In this document: one piece after another, positions 35,183 to 44,620 of the stretch
Numbering within the stretch: the first letter of the stretch is position 1
Layout of the letters: each line of letters starts with the position of its first letter
Source: Thermoanaerobaculia bacterium
GTDB lineage: Bacteria; Acidobacteriota; Thermoanaerobaculia; Gp7-AA8
NCBI GenBank assembly: GCA_046590705.1
Contig: JBKJUK010000213.1
Span: forward strand, 1 to 48,841
Reading direction: 5' to 3'
Length of the DNA stretch: 48,841 bases
Translations under genes and position numbers: made by a program
Notes under the pieces: model-generated
What the model saw: the letters and a program-made list of their open reading frames with translations, nothing else
Database searches by the model: none
Told to the model about the DNA's origin: nothing

Positions 35183-35357
35183 CGTCATTCCGATGAGCAC
35201 CCCATCCACAGCCATTCCAGGACGCTTGTCGTGCGAAGAGGAATCTCCGGTCCGCGCCGCGCTGAGGTAGCGATCAAGTGCGTCGGCGCGGACCGGAGAT
35301 TCCTCTTCGCACTCCAGGCTGCGAACGATGCTGATCACGCGGCTCATCGGAATGACG
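35183..35357. repeat. 175-bp nested palindromic element (outer 16-bp and inner 29-bp perfect inverted repeats)
   Basis: Outer: CGTCATTCCGATGAGC (35183-35198) with GCTCATCGGAATGACG (35342-35357). Inner: GTGCGAAGAGGAATCTCCGGTCCGCGCCG (35231-35259) with its exact reverse complement (35284-35312), separated by a 24-nt loop. Confidence 0.85.
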
Positions 35358-35501
35358 TGACAAGATTTTGATTTGCTCAACAGAAAGACGCTGAATACCG
35401 CGTGATAGACTCCGCGACCTGTTCTGCCTAAGTTCTCAGCGGGCGTGACAACCACTCGAATCCGGCGGCCAGGTTCTCAATCGGCTGGCCCGTGAGGCAC
35501 G

Positions 35502-37793
35502 ATGGCCAAAAAACCCAACAACGACGCACTGAACTACCACTCCTCCGGCCGGCCCGGAAAGATCGAAGTCGTTCCCACCAAGTCGACCGTCTCGCAGCGC
35601 GATCTCTCTCTGGCCTACACCCCCGGTGTAGCCCAGCCCTGTCTGGAGATCGCCCGCAATCCTGCAGACATTTATAAGTACACCAGCAAGGGGAACCTCG
35701 TCGCAGTCGTGACCAATGGCACAGCCGTCCTCGGACTCGGGAACATTGGTGCTGCTGCCGGAAAACCGGTGATGGAAGGGAAAGCAGTTCTCTTCAAGCG
35801 ATTCGCCGACATCGATGTCTTCGATCTCGAGCTCGACACCACCAACACCGAAGACTTCATCAACGCAGTGAAATTGATGGAACCCACCTTCGGCGGTATC
35901 AACCTCGAAGACATCGCCGCACCGGAGTGCTTCGAGATCGAGGAACGTCTGCAGAAGATGATGAACATCCCCGTGTTTCACGACGACCAGCACGGGACAG
36001 CGATCATCTCCGCCGCGGCCTTCCTGAACGCCCTGATCATCGCCGAGAAGAAGATCGAAAACGTTCGCGTGGTTTTCTCCGGTGCGGGTGCAGCGGCCGT
36101 CGGTTGTCTGCGGCTTTACCTCAAACTTGGATTGAGGAAAGAGAACGTCATCCTCGTCGATAGCAAAGGGGTGATCTTCAAGGGCCGCACAGAGGGCATG
36201 ACCGCGTACAAGGAAGAGTTCGCGAACGAAACTGACTCACGAACTCTGGCTGACGCCATGCGGAATGCCGATGCCTTCATCGGCCTTTCCGTTGGTGGAC
36301 TGGTGACGCCGGACATGGTGCGCTCCATGGCCGCGAATCCGATTGTTTTCGCGTTGGCGAATCCGGATCCCGAGATCAGCTACCCGGATGCGAAGGATGC
36401 CAGACCGGACGTGATCATGGCCACAGGTCGCTCCGATTACCCCAACCAGGTCAACAACGTCCTCGGGTTTCCCTTCATCTTCCGCGGAGCTCTCGACTGC
36501 AGAGCGACAGCAGTGAACGACGAGATGAAGCTGGCGGCCGCTCGGGCGCTTGCAGCGCTCGCGAAGATGGATGTGCCTGACGCCGTCATGCGTGCCTACC
36601 CTGAAGAAGAACTCCGCTTCGGTCGCGATTATCTGATTCCGAAACCGTTCGACTACCGAGTGCTTCTCTGGGTTCCCGTAGCCGTGGCCAGTGCCGCTGA
36701 GACGACAGGCGTGGCCCAGGAACCAATCAAAGACTACGAGGCCTACCGACGCCAGCTCGAGAACATTCTGAGCCGCTCGCGTCGCCTGATGCATACGGTC
36801 TACGACCAGGCCAAACGTCAGCCAAGGCGAATCGTTTTCCCGGAAGGTGATCACGAGAAGATCATTCGCGCAGCAAAGATTCTGGCGGACGAAGGAATCG
36901 CGCATCCTGTTCTCCTGGCGAGGCCTGCCGAGATCGAAGCGCAGTTGCAGGCCATCGAACTCGACCCATCGAAGATCACTGTGATCGACGTGGAGAAGTC
37001 TCCTCAGTTCGAAGACTACGCGCGACGCCTGCACGAACTGCGTCGTCGAGACGGTATGACCATGACCGAAGCACGCAGGTCCATGCTCAACCGCAACTCC
37101 TACGCGATGATGATGGCCGAAACGGGCGACGCCGACGGAGTGATTTCGGGACTGCGAGCCTACTATCCCGAGACGCTTCGACCGGCGCTGCAGATCATCA
37201 AAACCCGAGCCGGGGTGAAGAAAGTATCGGGCGCCTACATCCTCATGTTCAAGGGCCGCGAGATGGTCCTGGCTGACACCACCGTGAACATCGAGCCGTC
37301 CGCGGAAGACCTGGCGGAGATCGCGTTCCTCACCGCCGAGACGGCGTTGCGATTCGGCATCGAGCCGCGCATCGCCATGCTCTCGTTCTCAAATTTCGGC
37401 TCCACCAGACATCCGCTGCAGCAGAAAGTCAGGGATGCGGTGGCCATCGTCCGTCGCGAACATCCGGAGCTGGTGATCGAGGGTGAGATGCAGGCCGATA
37501 CGGCCGTGGTGCCGGAGATCGCCGAGGGCGACTACCCATGGAGTCTCCTCGACGGTGATGCCAACGTCCTCATCTTTCCTGACCTTCAGTCAGCAAACAT
37601 CGCCTACAAGCTGCTCTGGCGGCTGGCCAATGCCGAAGCCATCGGACCGATTCTGCAGGGGCTCGCACGGCCGGTGCATGTACTGCAGCGTGGTGTGGAC
37701 GTATCTGACATCGTGAACATGGCCGCCATCTGTGTGCTGGATGCCCAGGAACAGGGCCGAATCTCCAGAAGTGATACGCGGAAGACGGAGTAG
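35502..37793 (+). CDS. maeB: NADP-dependent malic enzyme (malic enzyme domain plus phosphotransacetylase-like domain)
   Basis: [15 protein letters not shown]..., [41 protein letters not shown], and a C-terminal PTA-like domain. 763 aa. Confidence 0.95.
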   Translation: MAKKPNNDALNYHSSGRPGKIEVVPTKSTVSQRDLSLAYTPGVAQPCLEIARNPADIYKYTSKGNLVAVVTNGTAVLGLGNIGAAAGKPVMEGKAVLFKRFADIDVFDLELDTTNTEDFINAVKLMEPTFGGINLEDIAAPECFEIEERLQKMMNIPVFHDDQHGTAIISAAAFLNALIIAEKKIENVRVVFSGAGAAAVGCLRLYLKLGLRKENVILVDSKGVIFKGRTEGMTAYKEEFANETDSRTLADAMRNADAFIGLSVGGLVTPDMVRSMAANPIVFALANPDPEISYPDAKDARPDVIMATGRSDYPNQVNNVLGFPFIFRGALDCRATAVNDEMKLAAARALAALAKMDVPDAVMRAYPEEELRFGRDYLIPKPFDYRVLLWVPVAVASAAETTGVAQEPIKDYEAYRRQLENILSRSRRLMHTVYDQAKRQPRRIVFPEGDHEKIIRAAKILADEGIAHPVLLARPAEIEAQLQAIELDPSKITVIDVEKSPQFEDYARRLHELRRRDGMTMTEARRSMLNRNSYAMMMAETGDADGVISGLRAYYPETLRPALQIIKTRAGVKKVSGAYILMFKGREMVLADTTVNIEPSAEDLAEIAFLTAETALRFGIEPRIAMLSFSNFGSTRHPLQQKVRDAVAIVRREHPELVIEGEMQADTAVVPEIAEGDYPWSLLDGDANVLIFPDLQSANIAYKLLWRLANAEAIGPILQGLARPVHVLQRGVDVSDIVNMAAICVLDAQEQGRISRSDTRKTE

Positions 37794-37870
37794 GTGAACA
37801 TGCAGTCGGCACCGACCGAGCTTCGCTGCCGGGGCGAATACGCAGTGCCGTGGCCTGGTTCACGCCAGCA

Positions 37871-39013
37871 ATGAAAGTAGCAGTCGCCATGTCCGGCGGA
37901 GTCGATTCATCGACGGCCGCTTACATCCTTCAGAAAGAGGGACATGAAGTCGTGGGCATGTCCATGCAGATGTACAACGCGCTCTCGCGGCTCGACACCG
38001 AATACGGCGGCTGCTGCACCATCGACGATCTTGCCGATGCCAGGCGTGTCGCCTGGAAGTTGCAGATCCCTTACTTCGTCTTGAACATGGAGCGCGATTT
38101 CCGCGAGACCGTGATCAAGCCTTTCGTGAACGGCTATCTGGCCGGCAACACGCCGAGTCCCTGCGTGCTGTGCAACACCCATGTGAAGTTCGCCCTCATG
38201 CACGACAAGGCTTTTGCGGTAGGCGCAGACAAGGTCGCCACAGGTCACTACGCCAGGATTACCCGCTCGAATGACGGAAAGTTTGAACTCCGAAAGGCGC
38301 GCGATTTAGCGAAAGACCAGTCTTACTTCCTTTTCGAACTTACGCAGGAGCAACTGGCACATACGCTCTTTCCTCTGGGAGAGCTGACCAAGCCCGAGGT
38401 GCGCGTTCTCGCGACCGAGGGACACCTGCCGGTCGCAGAGAAAAGCGAGTCGTTCGAGATCTGTTTCGTACCGGAGAAAGACGGCTACGCGCAGGTGGTG
38501 ACCGAGGAGTCGCGAAGGATGCTGGCCGATGCAGGGGATGAGGGTGATGCGCTCCTGAAGGCTGCAGCGCAAGGTCAGGCAGGTGGAGACATCGTCGACC
38601 TCGACGGTAACGTCGTCGGGAGCCACGACGGATATTACAACTTCACCATCGGCCAGCGGCGCGGACTGAACGCGGGTGGATTCTCCGAACGGACCTATGT
38701 GATTGACGTCGATCCTCTCTCGAGACGTGTGACGGTAGGTCCGGTGGAGATGCTGGATCGAGCGGAGCTTGTGGCCGAGCGGATTCACTGGATTTCTGGC
38801 GAACCGCCTGTAGATGGTTCAAACATTTCAGCGCGCGTTCGGTCACGCCAATCCGAGGTAACCGCCACCGTAGAGATGCTGAACGATGGAAAGGCCGCGG
38901 TAACCTTCATCGCGCCGATCCGGGCCATCGCCCCAGGACAGGCCGTCGTGTTCTACGACGAAGACTTATGTCTCGGCGGCGGCTGGATCACCAGAACGAA
39001 AGTAGTTCGCTGA
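37871..39013 (+). CDS. mnmA: tRNA 2-thiouridine(34) synthase MnmA
   Basis: PP-loop VAVAMSGGVDSS. Catalytic Cys context NTPSPCVLCN. KDQSYFLF. ATG 37871 preferred over GTG 37850. Confidence 0.95.
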   Translation: MKVAVAMSGGVDSSTAAYILQKEGHEVVGMSMQMYNALSRLDTEYGGCCTIDDLADARRVAWKLQIPYFVLNMERDFRETVIKPFVNGYLAGNTPSPCVLCNTHVKFALMHDKAFAVGADKVATGHYARITRSNDGKFELRKARDLAKDQSYFLFELTQEQLAHTLFPLGELTKPEVRVLATEGHLPVAEKSESFEICFVPEKDGYAQVVTEESRRMLADAGDEGDALLKAAAQGQAGGDIVDLDGNVVGSHDGYYNFTIGQRRGLNAGGFSERTYVIDVDPLSRRVTVGPVEMLDRAELVAERIHWISGEPPVDGSNISARVRSRQSEVTATVEMLNDGKAAVTFIAPIRAIAPGQAVVFYDEDLCLGGGWITRTKVVR

Positions 39014-39022
39014 AATGGATGA

Positions 39023-39050
39023 GTGGAGCACAGGCAATCCTGCCTGTGAC
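39023..39050 (+). repeat. REP-like family A, copy A4
   Basis: GTGGAGCACAGGCAATCCTGCCTGTGAC, starting 10 nt after the mnmA stop. It is the exact reverse complement of the copy at 42409-42436. Confidence 0.9.
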
Positions 39051-39100
39051 GGGACCATTGGACTTAACGCGCAGACTCCGTCACCGAAGTGCACCGGGCA

Positions 39101-39125
39101 GCGGGCGCGCGCAACGCGCCCCTAC
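39101..39125 (+). repeat. Intergenic repeat family C (GCGGGCGCGCGCAACGCGCCCCTAC hairpin)
   Basis: Its exact reverse complement occurs at 44496-44520 and a variant at 44553-44577. Confidence 0.85.
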
Positions 39126-39174
39126 ACCGCGTCAGTCGCTGCTCCAGCCCTGACCACGTTTCGGAAGAACGTGT

Positions 39175-39205
39175 GTGGCACAGGCAATCATGCCTGTGAG
39201 GCGCG
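39175..39205 (+). repeat. REP-like family A, degenerate copy A5
   Basis: GTGGCACAGGCAATCATGCCTGTGAGGCGCG. The hairpin core is retained, with a 3-nt deletion and one substitution. Confidence 0.7.
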
Positions 39206-39206
39206 T

Positions 39207-39251
39207 GCTGATGAACGCAGAACGCAGAACGCAGAACGATGAAGTAAGAAA
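39207..39251 (+). repeat. Repeat family B, copy 2
   Basis: Identical to the 45-mer at 28-72. Confidence 0.9.
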
Positions 39252-39265
39252 AAGCAGCACACGTC

Positions 39266-39298
39266 TCTACTTCGGCCCCCGGCCCCCTGACCCCGGCC
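39266..39298 (+). repeat. Repeat family D, copy 2
   Basis: TCTACTTCGGCCCCCGGCCCCCTGACCCCGGCC, compared with 18801-18826. Confidence 0.6.
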
Positions 39299-39307
39299 GG
39301 CATCAAA

Positions 39308-41137
39308 TCACTCCACCGTCACACTCTTGGCCAGGTTACGCGGCTGATCCACGTCGCACCCACGCTTGAGGGCGATGTAGTACGAGAGCAGCTGCATGGG
39401 AATGACTGAAAGGATCGGTTGCAGTGCTTCGATGGTCCAGGGGATCTCGATGACATCGTCACCGAAGGCCCGCATGTCTTCGTCACCTTCATCGCAAATG
39501 AGAATGAGCTTGCCGTCACGCGCTTTGACTTCCTGCAGGTTGGACACGACTTTGTCGTACACCGGCGTGTGCGTCACGACTCCGACCACGGGAAGGTTCT
39601 CGTCGATCAGTGCGATGGGTCCGTGCTTCATCTCCCCCGCCGGATAACCCTCGGCGTGAATGTAGGAGATCTCCTTCATCTTTAGCGCACCTTCCAGCGC
39701 GATCGGATAGTGAACGCCACGTCCGAGGAAGAGAAAGTCCTGGGCTTTCTGATACTTGTTGGCGATGGACTCGATGTGCTTTTCCTGCTTGAGGATTTTC
39801 TCGATCTTCTGTGGAATGACCGACAACTCATGCATGGCGTAGCTGCGGTCCTCGCGTGATTCGCCGAGCAGCTGGCGAACGTAAAGGCTCAGCAGGTAGA
39901 ACGCGGTGAGCTGTGTGGTGAATGCCTTGGTCGATGCCACCCCGATTTCCGGACCGGCATTGGTGTAGATGACACCGTCGGAAATGCGAGTGGCGGCCGA
40001 CCCGATGACGTTACAGATGGTCACCAGTTTTGCGCCGCGCTTCTTCGCTTCCTGCATTCCGGCGATGGTGTCGGCGGTCTCACCTGATTGCGTGACTCCG
40101 ATGACGAGAGTGGTCGGATCGATGATCGGGTTGCGGTAACGGTACTCAGATCCGTAATCGACTTCGACGGGAATCTGTGCTGCTGCTTCCAGGAGAAACT
40201 TGCCTACCAGCGCCGAGTGCCAGCTGGTCCCGCAAGCCACGATCTGAATCTTACGGAACGACTTCCACTCCTCGGGAGTGAACTGCAGATCGTTGAAGAA
40301 AATCTCGCCGGTTTCTTCGAACATTCTTCCGTTGAAGGTTTCCTGGACTGCCCGACCCTGCTCGTGAATCTCCTTGAGCATGTAGTGCCGATAGCCTTCC
40401 TTCTCGGCTGCTACGGCGTCCCAGAGAATCTTCTTGGGTTCCCGCGTGATGGCCTGATCGGTGGCGTCGAAGAGATCGACTCCTTCCCTCTTGACGACGA
40501 CGTATTCACCGTCTTCGAGATAGAGAATGTTGCGCGTGTAGGGCAGTAGCGGAGTGACGTCGGAGGCCACGATGTTCTCGTTCTCGCCGAGGCCGACTAC
40601 GAGCGGTGGACCCTGGCGGGCGGCAATGATGGTCCCCGGATCGCTGGCCGAGATCATGACCAGAGCGTAGTGACCATGAATTTCTTTGATGGTTGCCCGG
40701 ACCGCTTCGAGGAACGACTTCGATTCCAGATGAGACTCGATGAGGTGTGCCACGACCTCGGTGTCGGTTTCGGTCTTGAACTCGTGCCCCTGCGCGGAGA
40801 GCCGCTGCTTGAGTGGCAGGAAGTTTTCGATGATCCCGTTGTGGATGACGATGACGTTCCCGCTGCAGTCCCGGTGGGGATGGGCGTTGTTCTCGTTCGG
40901 CTTTCCATGTGTCGCCCAGCGGGTGTGCCCCATGCCGAAGTGACCGGCTACGGGAGTCGACTCGAGTTTCTTCTCGAGGTTGATCAGCTTTCCCTCTGCG
41001 CGAACCACTTTCACTTCGCCACCGTCGACCACCGCGATGCCGGCGCTGTCATACCCACGGTACTCGAGCTTTCTCAGTCCATCGATGAGGACCGGAACCA
41101 CTTCGCGATCACCGACATATCCGACGATTCCACACAT
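39308..41137 (-). CDS. glmS: Glutamine--fructose-6-phosphate aminotransferase
   Basis: N-terminal MCGIVGYVG nucleophile Cys, two SIS domains, and the C-terminal NLAKSVTVE. Start set at the internal ATG 41137. Confidence 0.95.
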   Translation of the reverse strand: MCGIVGYVGDREVVPVLIDGLRKLEYRGYDSAGIAVVDGGEVKVVRAEGKLINLEKKLESTPVAGHFGMGHTRWATHGKPNENNAHPHRDCSGNVIVIHNGIIENFLPLKQRLSAQGHEFKTETDTEVVAHLIESHLESKSFLEAVRATIKEIHGHYALVMISASDPGTIIAARQGPPLVVGLGENENIVASDVTPLLPYTRNILYLEDGEYVVVKREGVDLFDATDQAITREPKKILWDAVAAEKEGYRHYMLKEIHEQGRAVQETFNGRMFEETGEIFFNDLQFTPEEWKSFRKIQIVACGTSWHSALVGKFLLEAAAQIPVEVDYGSEYRYRNPIIDPTTLVIGVTQSGETADTIAGMQEAKKRGAKLVTICNVIGSAATRISDGVIYTNAGPEIGVASTKAFTTQLTAFYLLSLYVRQLLGESREDRSYAMHELSVIPQKIEKILKQEKHIESIANKYQKAQDFLFLGRGVHYPIALEGALKMKEISYIHAEGYPAGEMKHGPIALIDENLPVVGVVTHTPVYDKVVSNLQEVKARDGKLILICDEGDEDMRAFGDDVIEIPWTIEALQPILSVIPMQLLSYYIALKRGCDVDQPRNLAKSVTVE

Positions 41138-41252
41138 ACCGAGCGTTCCTTTACTGCCGGCGAGCCGGCCAGGTTGAAAGAGAGTTAGAATCTGCCACCG
41201 GCACCAGGGCCCATGCACCTCGCTGGTTCTGTCGGTGGACTACCTGTCTTCT

Positions 41253-42395
41253 ATGAAAAAACTGTTGCTTCTACTGGTCGTTTCGATCCAGCTCGCCTGT
41301 GGCAAGCAGGGGAATCCGACCGCTCCCGCCCCCGTCATTCCGAAGGGATCGACTGATCTTCTTGTATCACAGCGCGGAACCAGCGTTCTGCTGGCCTGGA
41401 GCTATCCAGCTCTGACCACTTCCGGTCGTCAACTCACGACTCTCCGTCGCGTGACGGTCTATCGCTATGTCGAAGAATTGCCCGCGTCCCTTGCAGGATT
41501 GGCTCCAGAAGCAATGCCTTCCGGCGATGCTGACGCGCGCCTGCCGAAAGAGATTGCGCTCTTCGCGACTCGCCCCGCGATCGCACCTGCGCAGTTCATG
41601 AAGCTGCGTGAGAAGGTTGCCGCGCTCAAAAAAGACGAACTACCAGCCTATTCGTCTGGCGCGCGCATCCTGTTCACCGACCGGCCGTCATTTCGAACTG
41701 AGGACAACCGACCCGTACGCGTTCACTACGCAGTCTCTGCGGACACCGACATCCTCGAAGGCGAGCTGTCGAACCTCGTATCGATCGTGCTCGTAGAACC
41801 GGCCGTGGCCCCCGCTGCGGTCATGGGAAAGGTGCAGCCTGACGCAGTGAAGCTGCAGTGGAGCGCGCCGTCGAAAACGAGTTCCGGCCAGATCGATCCC
41901 TCCATCGTCGGTTACAACGTTTACCGCTTCAGCTCGAGCGCGCAGGCCGACCCGGAACCGAAGCCTGTGAACTCCGCTCCGGTGAAAGAAACTACGTTCA
42001 GTGATACTCCGCCTCTCGGCGCCTACACCTACCAGGTGACCGCGGTAGCCTCGGCCATGCCGCTCGTGGAGAGTCTGCCCTCCGAACCTTTTCGTGTCGA
42101 CTTCAGAGATCGTGTTGCGCCTCCGGTCCCCGCGGATCTGACTGTGCTGGTGGAGCTGCGTGCGATCCGGCTGATCTGGACTGCGGTCGACGCTTCCGAT
42201 CTGGCCGGCTACAAGGTTTACCGGGAAGCAGATGGAAAACGTGAGACGCTCACCACGGCTCCGACCTCGGCGGTGTTCTTCGCCGACACGTCGGTGGTGG
42301 CTGGCACGACGTACAGGTACAGCGTGACGTCCATCGATAAAAATGGGAACGAAAGCGCTCCGACGGCCGCAGCGACTGGTCTGGTACCGCGATAA
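41253..42395 (+). CDS. Lipoprotein with fibronectin-type-III-like repeats
   Basis: Lipobox IQLAC. Two segments with an FN3-like pattern (LQWSAP...GYNVYR...YTYQVTAV and LIWTAV...GYKVYRE...YRYSVTSIDKNGNES). Confidence 0.65.
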   Translation: MKKLLLLLVVSIQLACGKQGNPTAPAPVIPKGSTDLLVSQRGTSVLLAWSYPALTTSGRQLTTLRRVTVYRYVEELPASLAGLAPEAMPSGDADARLPKEIALFATRPAIAPAQFMKLREKVAALKKDELPAYSSGARILFTDRPSFRTEDNRPVRVHYAVSADTDILEGELSNLVSIVLVEPAVAPAAVMGKVQPDAVKLQWSAPSKTSSGQIDPSIVGYNVYRFSSSAQADPEPKPVNSAPVKETTFSDTPPLGAYTYQVTAVASAMPLVESLPSEPFRVDFRDRVAPPVPADLTVLVELRAIRLIWTAVDASDLAGYKVYREADGKRETLTTAPTSAVFFADTSVVAGTTYRYSVTSIDKNGNESAPTAAATGLVPR

Positions 42396-42408
42396 GTCAG
42401 TTGGTCCC

Positions 42409-42436
42409 GTCACAGGCAGGATTGCCTGTGCTCCAC
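42409..42436 (-). repeat. REP-like family A, copy A6
   Basis: GTCACAGGCAGGATTGCCTGTGCTCCAC, lying between two convergent stop codons (42395 and 42453). Confidence 0.9.
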
Positions 42437-42452
42437 AACCGTCACATCGAAC

Positions 42453-44324
42453 TCAGGCGATGCGTTGCCGAATTACCTGCAGCAGCTCTGGCGGGAAGGC
42501 GCGCATCTCGAAGTATTCGCTCTCGAGTTCCTCTACCTGGAATCGATCCAGTCCTGAGTTCTGGAGGAAGTCATTCCTCAGTTCCGGATCCTGATCGTCG
42601 ATGATTCGTGGCAGCAACTGGTTGATGTAGAAAGCCTCGAGTCGGATCTTGGTGATCACCTCGTCGATCAGTTCATCCGTGATGATGGCCTGCAGCTCCC
42701 CGAGGTCGGCATCTCTCGAGACTTCATGCGCGATTTCTTTCCGGAAGGTCTCCCGTCCCTCAGTGGTATTCAGTTCGAGGTAGAACGTGGACATTCTCCG
42801 CCGGGCCAGCTTGTAGAGTTCAAAGTAGGCGCGTTCCTGATGGTTGATCACGCGGATTTCGTTGGTGACTCCGGCCAGCGTGGCCTCGTTGTTGTCGATG
42901 CCGAGAAGTCCCAGAACCAGGGCGAACAGCTTCTTGCGACCGTAGGCCAGAGTGTATTCGTTGGCGATGATCGGATCGATGAAGAGGGATTGAAAGATTC
43001 CGCGCCTGAGACCGTCGAAGACGTGCATGTTCCCGAGGATCGAGCGAATCTGTTCCTGCGAGAGTTCGACGTCGTCCATGAAAGCGAGTTTGTTGACCAG
43101 GGTGGTGGTGTGATCGAAGCGGTCGAAGAAGGTGATGAGCTCTCCGAATGATTCGAGGCGTTCGTAGTCCTCCTCCGTCCGCGCTCTCTCGTCAATGAGC
43201 CGGCCGGTCTCGAGCAGAATCTCTTCGAAGGTCTGATCGCGGTTTGCTACGGCTTTCTGCTTGTTCTCCACCAGCTGCACCATATCGTTAGGCGAGAGCC
43301 GCTTGTTGATGGTCCTGCCGAGTAGAAATCCTTCCAGGATCTCCCGGGTCGACTGGATGTGCTCAGGCTCCTCGAAAGTCGGCATCCTGGCCTCAGCACT
43401 GGCGTCCTCATGCAGGACGATCTCTTCGAGCGTGTCGAAGATCGAGAGCGGGACTTCGTTGCGGAGAGACAGCGTACGCAGTCGCATCAGGCGGGCGCGT
43501 TCGGAGGGTCCGATCCTGCCTTCACCACAGACCGCCAGAACTCTTTTGTATTCGTCGATGAGTTCCTGGTTGTCGGGATGGTGATAGATGACGTCGATCT
43601 GAATCCGCTCTTTCTGGTACGCGGCAATCTGTTCTTCGTCATTCTTCGTCACTTCGGCCAGTTCGGCGATGGCTCGGTTCCTGGCGTATGTGCTCTTGCA
43701 ACGCTCGTAGAGTTTCTGATGCTGACGGTGAACGATTCGGACGAGGAAAATGGTGGAATCAGGTTCTCCGAGCGTCTCGAGAAGTTCGTGCGCGAGAGCC
43801 AGAAAGTTGCCGCCACCGACGCGCTTGGAACGCTTCAGCAGACGACCGACCAGACGGAGAGTTGCTTCCTGTCTTTCTGCGACGCTGGTGTGCTTCCCGC
43901 GGTCATCGATGAAGAAGAAATAGTTCGAGACTGCATTCCCGTGAAGGAAGAGGTCTTCGTAACTCTCAGAGCCACGGGTCTGATTGGTGAAGGAGAGTTC
44001 GCGCTTCTCGGTGTCGTAGATTCCCCCGAAGAAGACCAGTCTGTTCACCACGTCGTCGTTCAGAAGGTCCTGGACCGGGAAGTGCCCGCCGAACATGTAC
44101 TCGGAGAACATGCCTCCATTGCCGGAGAACTGCACTTCGTCGGGACGCAGCGTGATCTCCGACCCTCCGCCAAAGTATCGGATCTGACCACCACTCGCGT
44201 CGTCGAGTTGCTCGAAGAAGAATCTGCGGTCGAGGCTTCGCCCAGTCACCGTCGCGAAGTACTCGATGGTGTCGTTGATCAAACCCTGATGGACGATGGC
44301 CTGTAGCATTTCTAGGGGCGTCAC
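42453..44324 (-). CDS. Large cytoplasmic hypothetical protein (623 aa), no recognisable motif
   Basis: Uninterrupted ORF with native-looking codon bias (strong G/C at third positions). No TM helix or signal peptide. The GTG 44324 or ATG 44309 start is uncertain. Confidence 0.8.
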   Translation of the reverse strand: MTPLEMLQAIVHQGLINDTIEYFATVTGRSLDRRFFFEQLDDASGGQIRYFGGGSEITLRPDEVQFSGNGGMFSEYMFGGHFPVQDLLNDDVVNRLVFFGGIYDTEKRELSFTNQTRGSESYEDLFLHGNAVSNYFFFIDDRGKHTSVAERQEATLRLVGRLLKRSKRVGGGNFLALAHELLETLGEPDSTIFLVRIVHRQHQKLYERCKSTYARNRAIAELAEVTKNDEEQIAAYQKERIQIDVIYHHPDNQELIDEYKRVLAVCGEGRIGPSERARLMRLRTLSLRNEVPLSIFDTLEEIVLHEDASAEARMPTFEEPEHIQSTREILEGFLLGRTINKRLSPNDMVQLVENKQKAVANRDQTFEEILLETGRLIDERARTEEDYERLESFGELITFFDRFDHTTTLVNKLAFMDDVELSQEQIRSILGNMHVFDGLRRGIFQSLFIDPIIANEYTLAYGRKKLFALVLGLLGIDNNEATLAGVTNEIRVINHQERAYFELYKLARRRMSTFYLELNTTEGRETFRKEIAHEVSRDADLGELQAIITDELIDEVITKIRLEAFYINQLLPRIIDDQDPELRNDFLQNSGLDRFQVEELESEYFEMRAFPPELLQVIRQRIA

Positions 44325-44436
44325 GGCGCTACCCGCGAGCGGACTGGCGAATGTAGCACCGACTGGAATCGCAAGCGACAGGGGGAAATTTCAGAGCGGG
44401 TGTCACCAGGGCCGTCGCTGCGTCCGCTCTCGGGGG

Positions 44437-44481
44437 GCTGATGAACGCAGAACGCAGAACTCAGAACGATGAAGTAAGAAA
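44437..44481 (+). repeat. Repeat family B, copy 3
   Basis: 44/45 identity to 28-72 (one G to T change). Confidence 0.85.
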
Positions 44482-44495
44482 TTGGAACGGACGCC

Positions 44496-44577
44496 GTAGG
44501 GGCGCGTTGCGCGCGCCCGCTCTCTGGTGCATGCTGATCGAAGGCCGAGAGAGCGGGCGAACGCAGTTCGCCCCTAC
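44496..44577. repeat. Inverted pair of family C repeats
   Basis: GTAGGGGCGCGTTGCGCGCGCCCGCTCTC (44496-44524) and GAGAGCGGGCGAACGCAGTTCGCCCCTAC (44549-44577). Confidence 0.8.
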
Positions 44578-44620
44578 GACCGATCTGTTGTGAGTCCGAT
44601 CGAGTAGCAGGGAGGGTGGG

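Noticed and set aside
35186-35198. Hammerhead-ribozyme-like CGATGAG in the outer arm of the palindromic element.
   Set aside because: The core needs CUGAUGA plus a properly placed GAAA and three helices. Here the conserved U is a C, and I could draw no compatible three-way junction.
39176-39192. TGGCAC as a sigma-54 -24 element.
   Set aside because: There is no GC (-12) element at the required spacing, and the hexamer is simply part of a degenerate REP-A copy. A candidate upstream of the M23 gene (TGGAAC...TGCA, approx. 29040-29060 on the minus strand) also has the wrong spacing.
41138-41252. Possible glmS ribozyme in the glmS leader.
   Set aside because: The leader is only about 115 nt and is shared with a divergent gene. 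It shows no resemblance to the glmS ribozyme core, which is in any case mostly a Firmicutes feature.
43359-44306. Long antisense ORFs. They are 315 aa opposite the 623-aa gene, 256 aa at 4183-4953, 296 aa at 26270-27160, 265 aa at 36237-37034, 263 aa at 30974-31765 and 241 aa at 41688-42413.
   Set aside because: All lie fully inside well-supported genes on the other strand. Their composition (V/D/E/R/G-rich) is typical of stop-depleted antisense frames in GC-rich DNA. No motifs were recognised.
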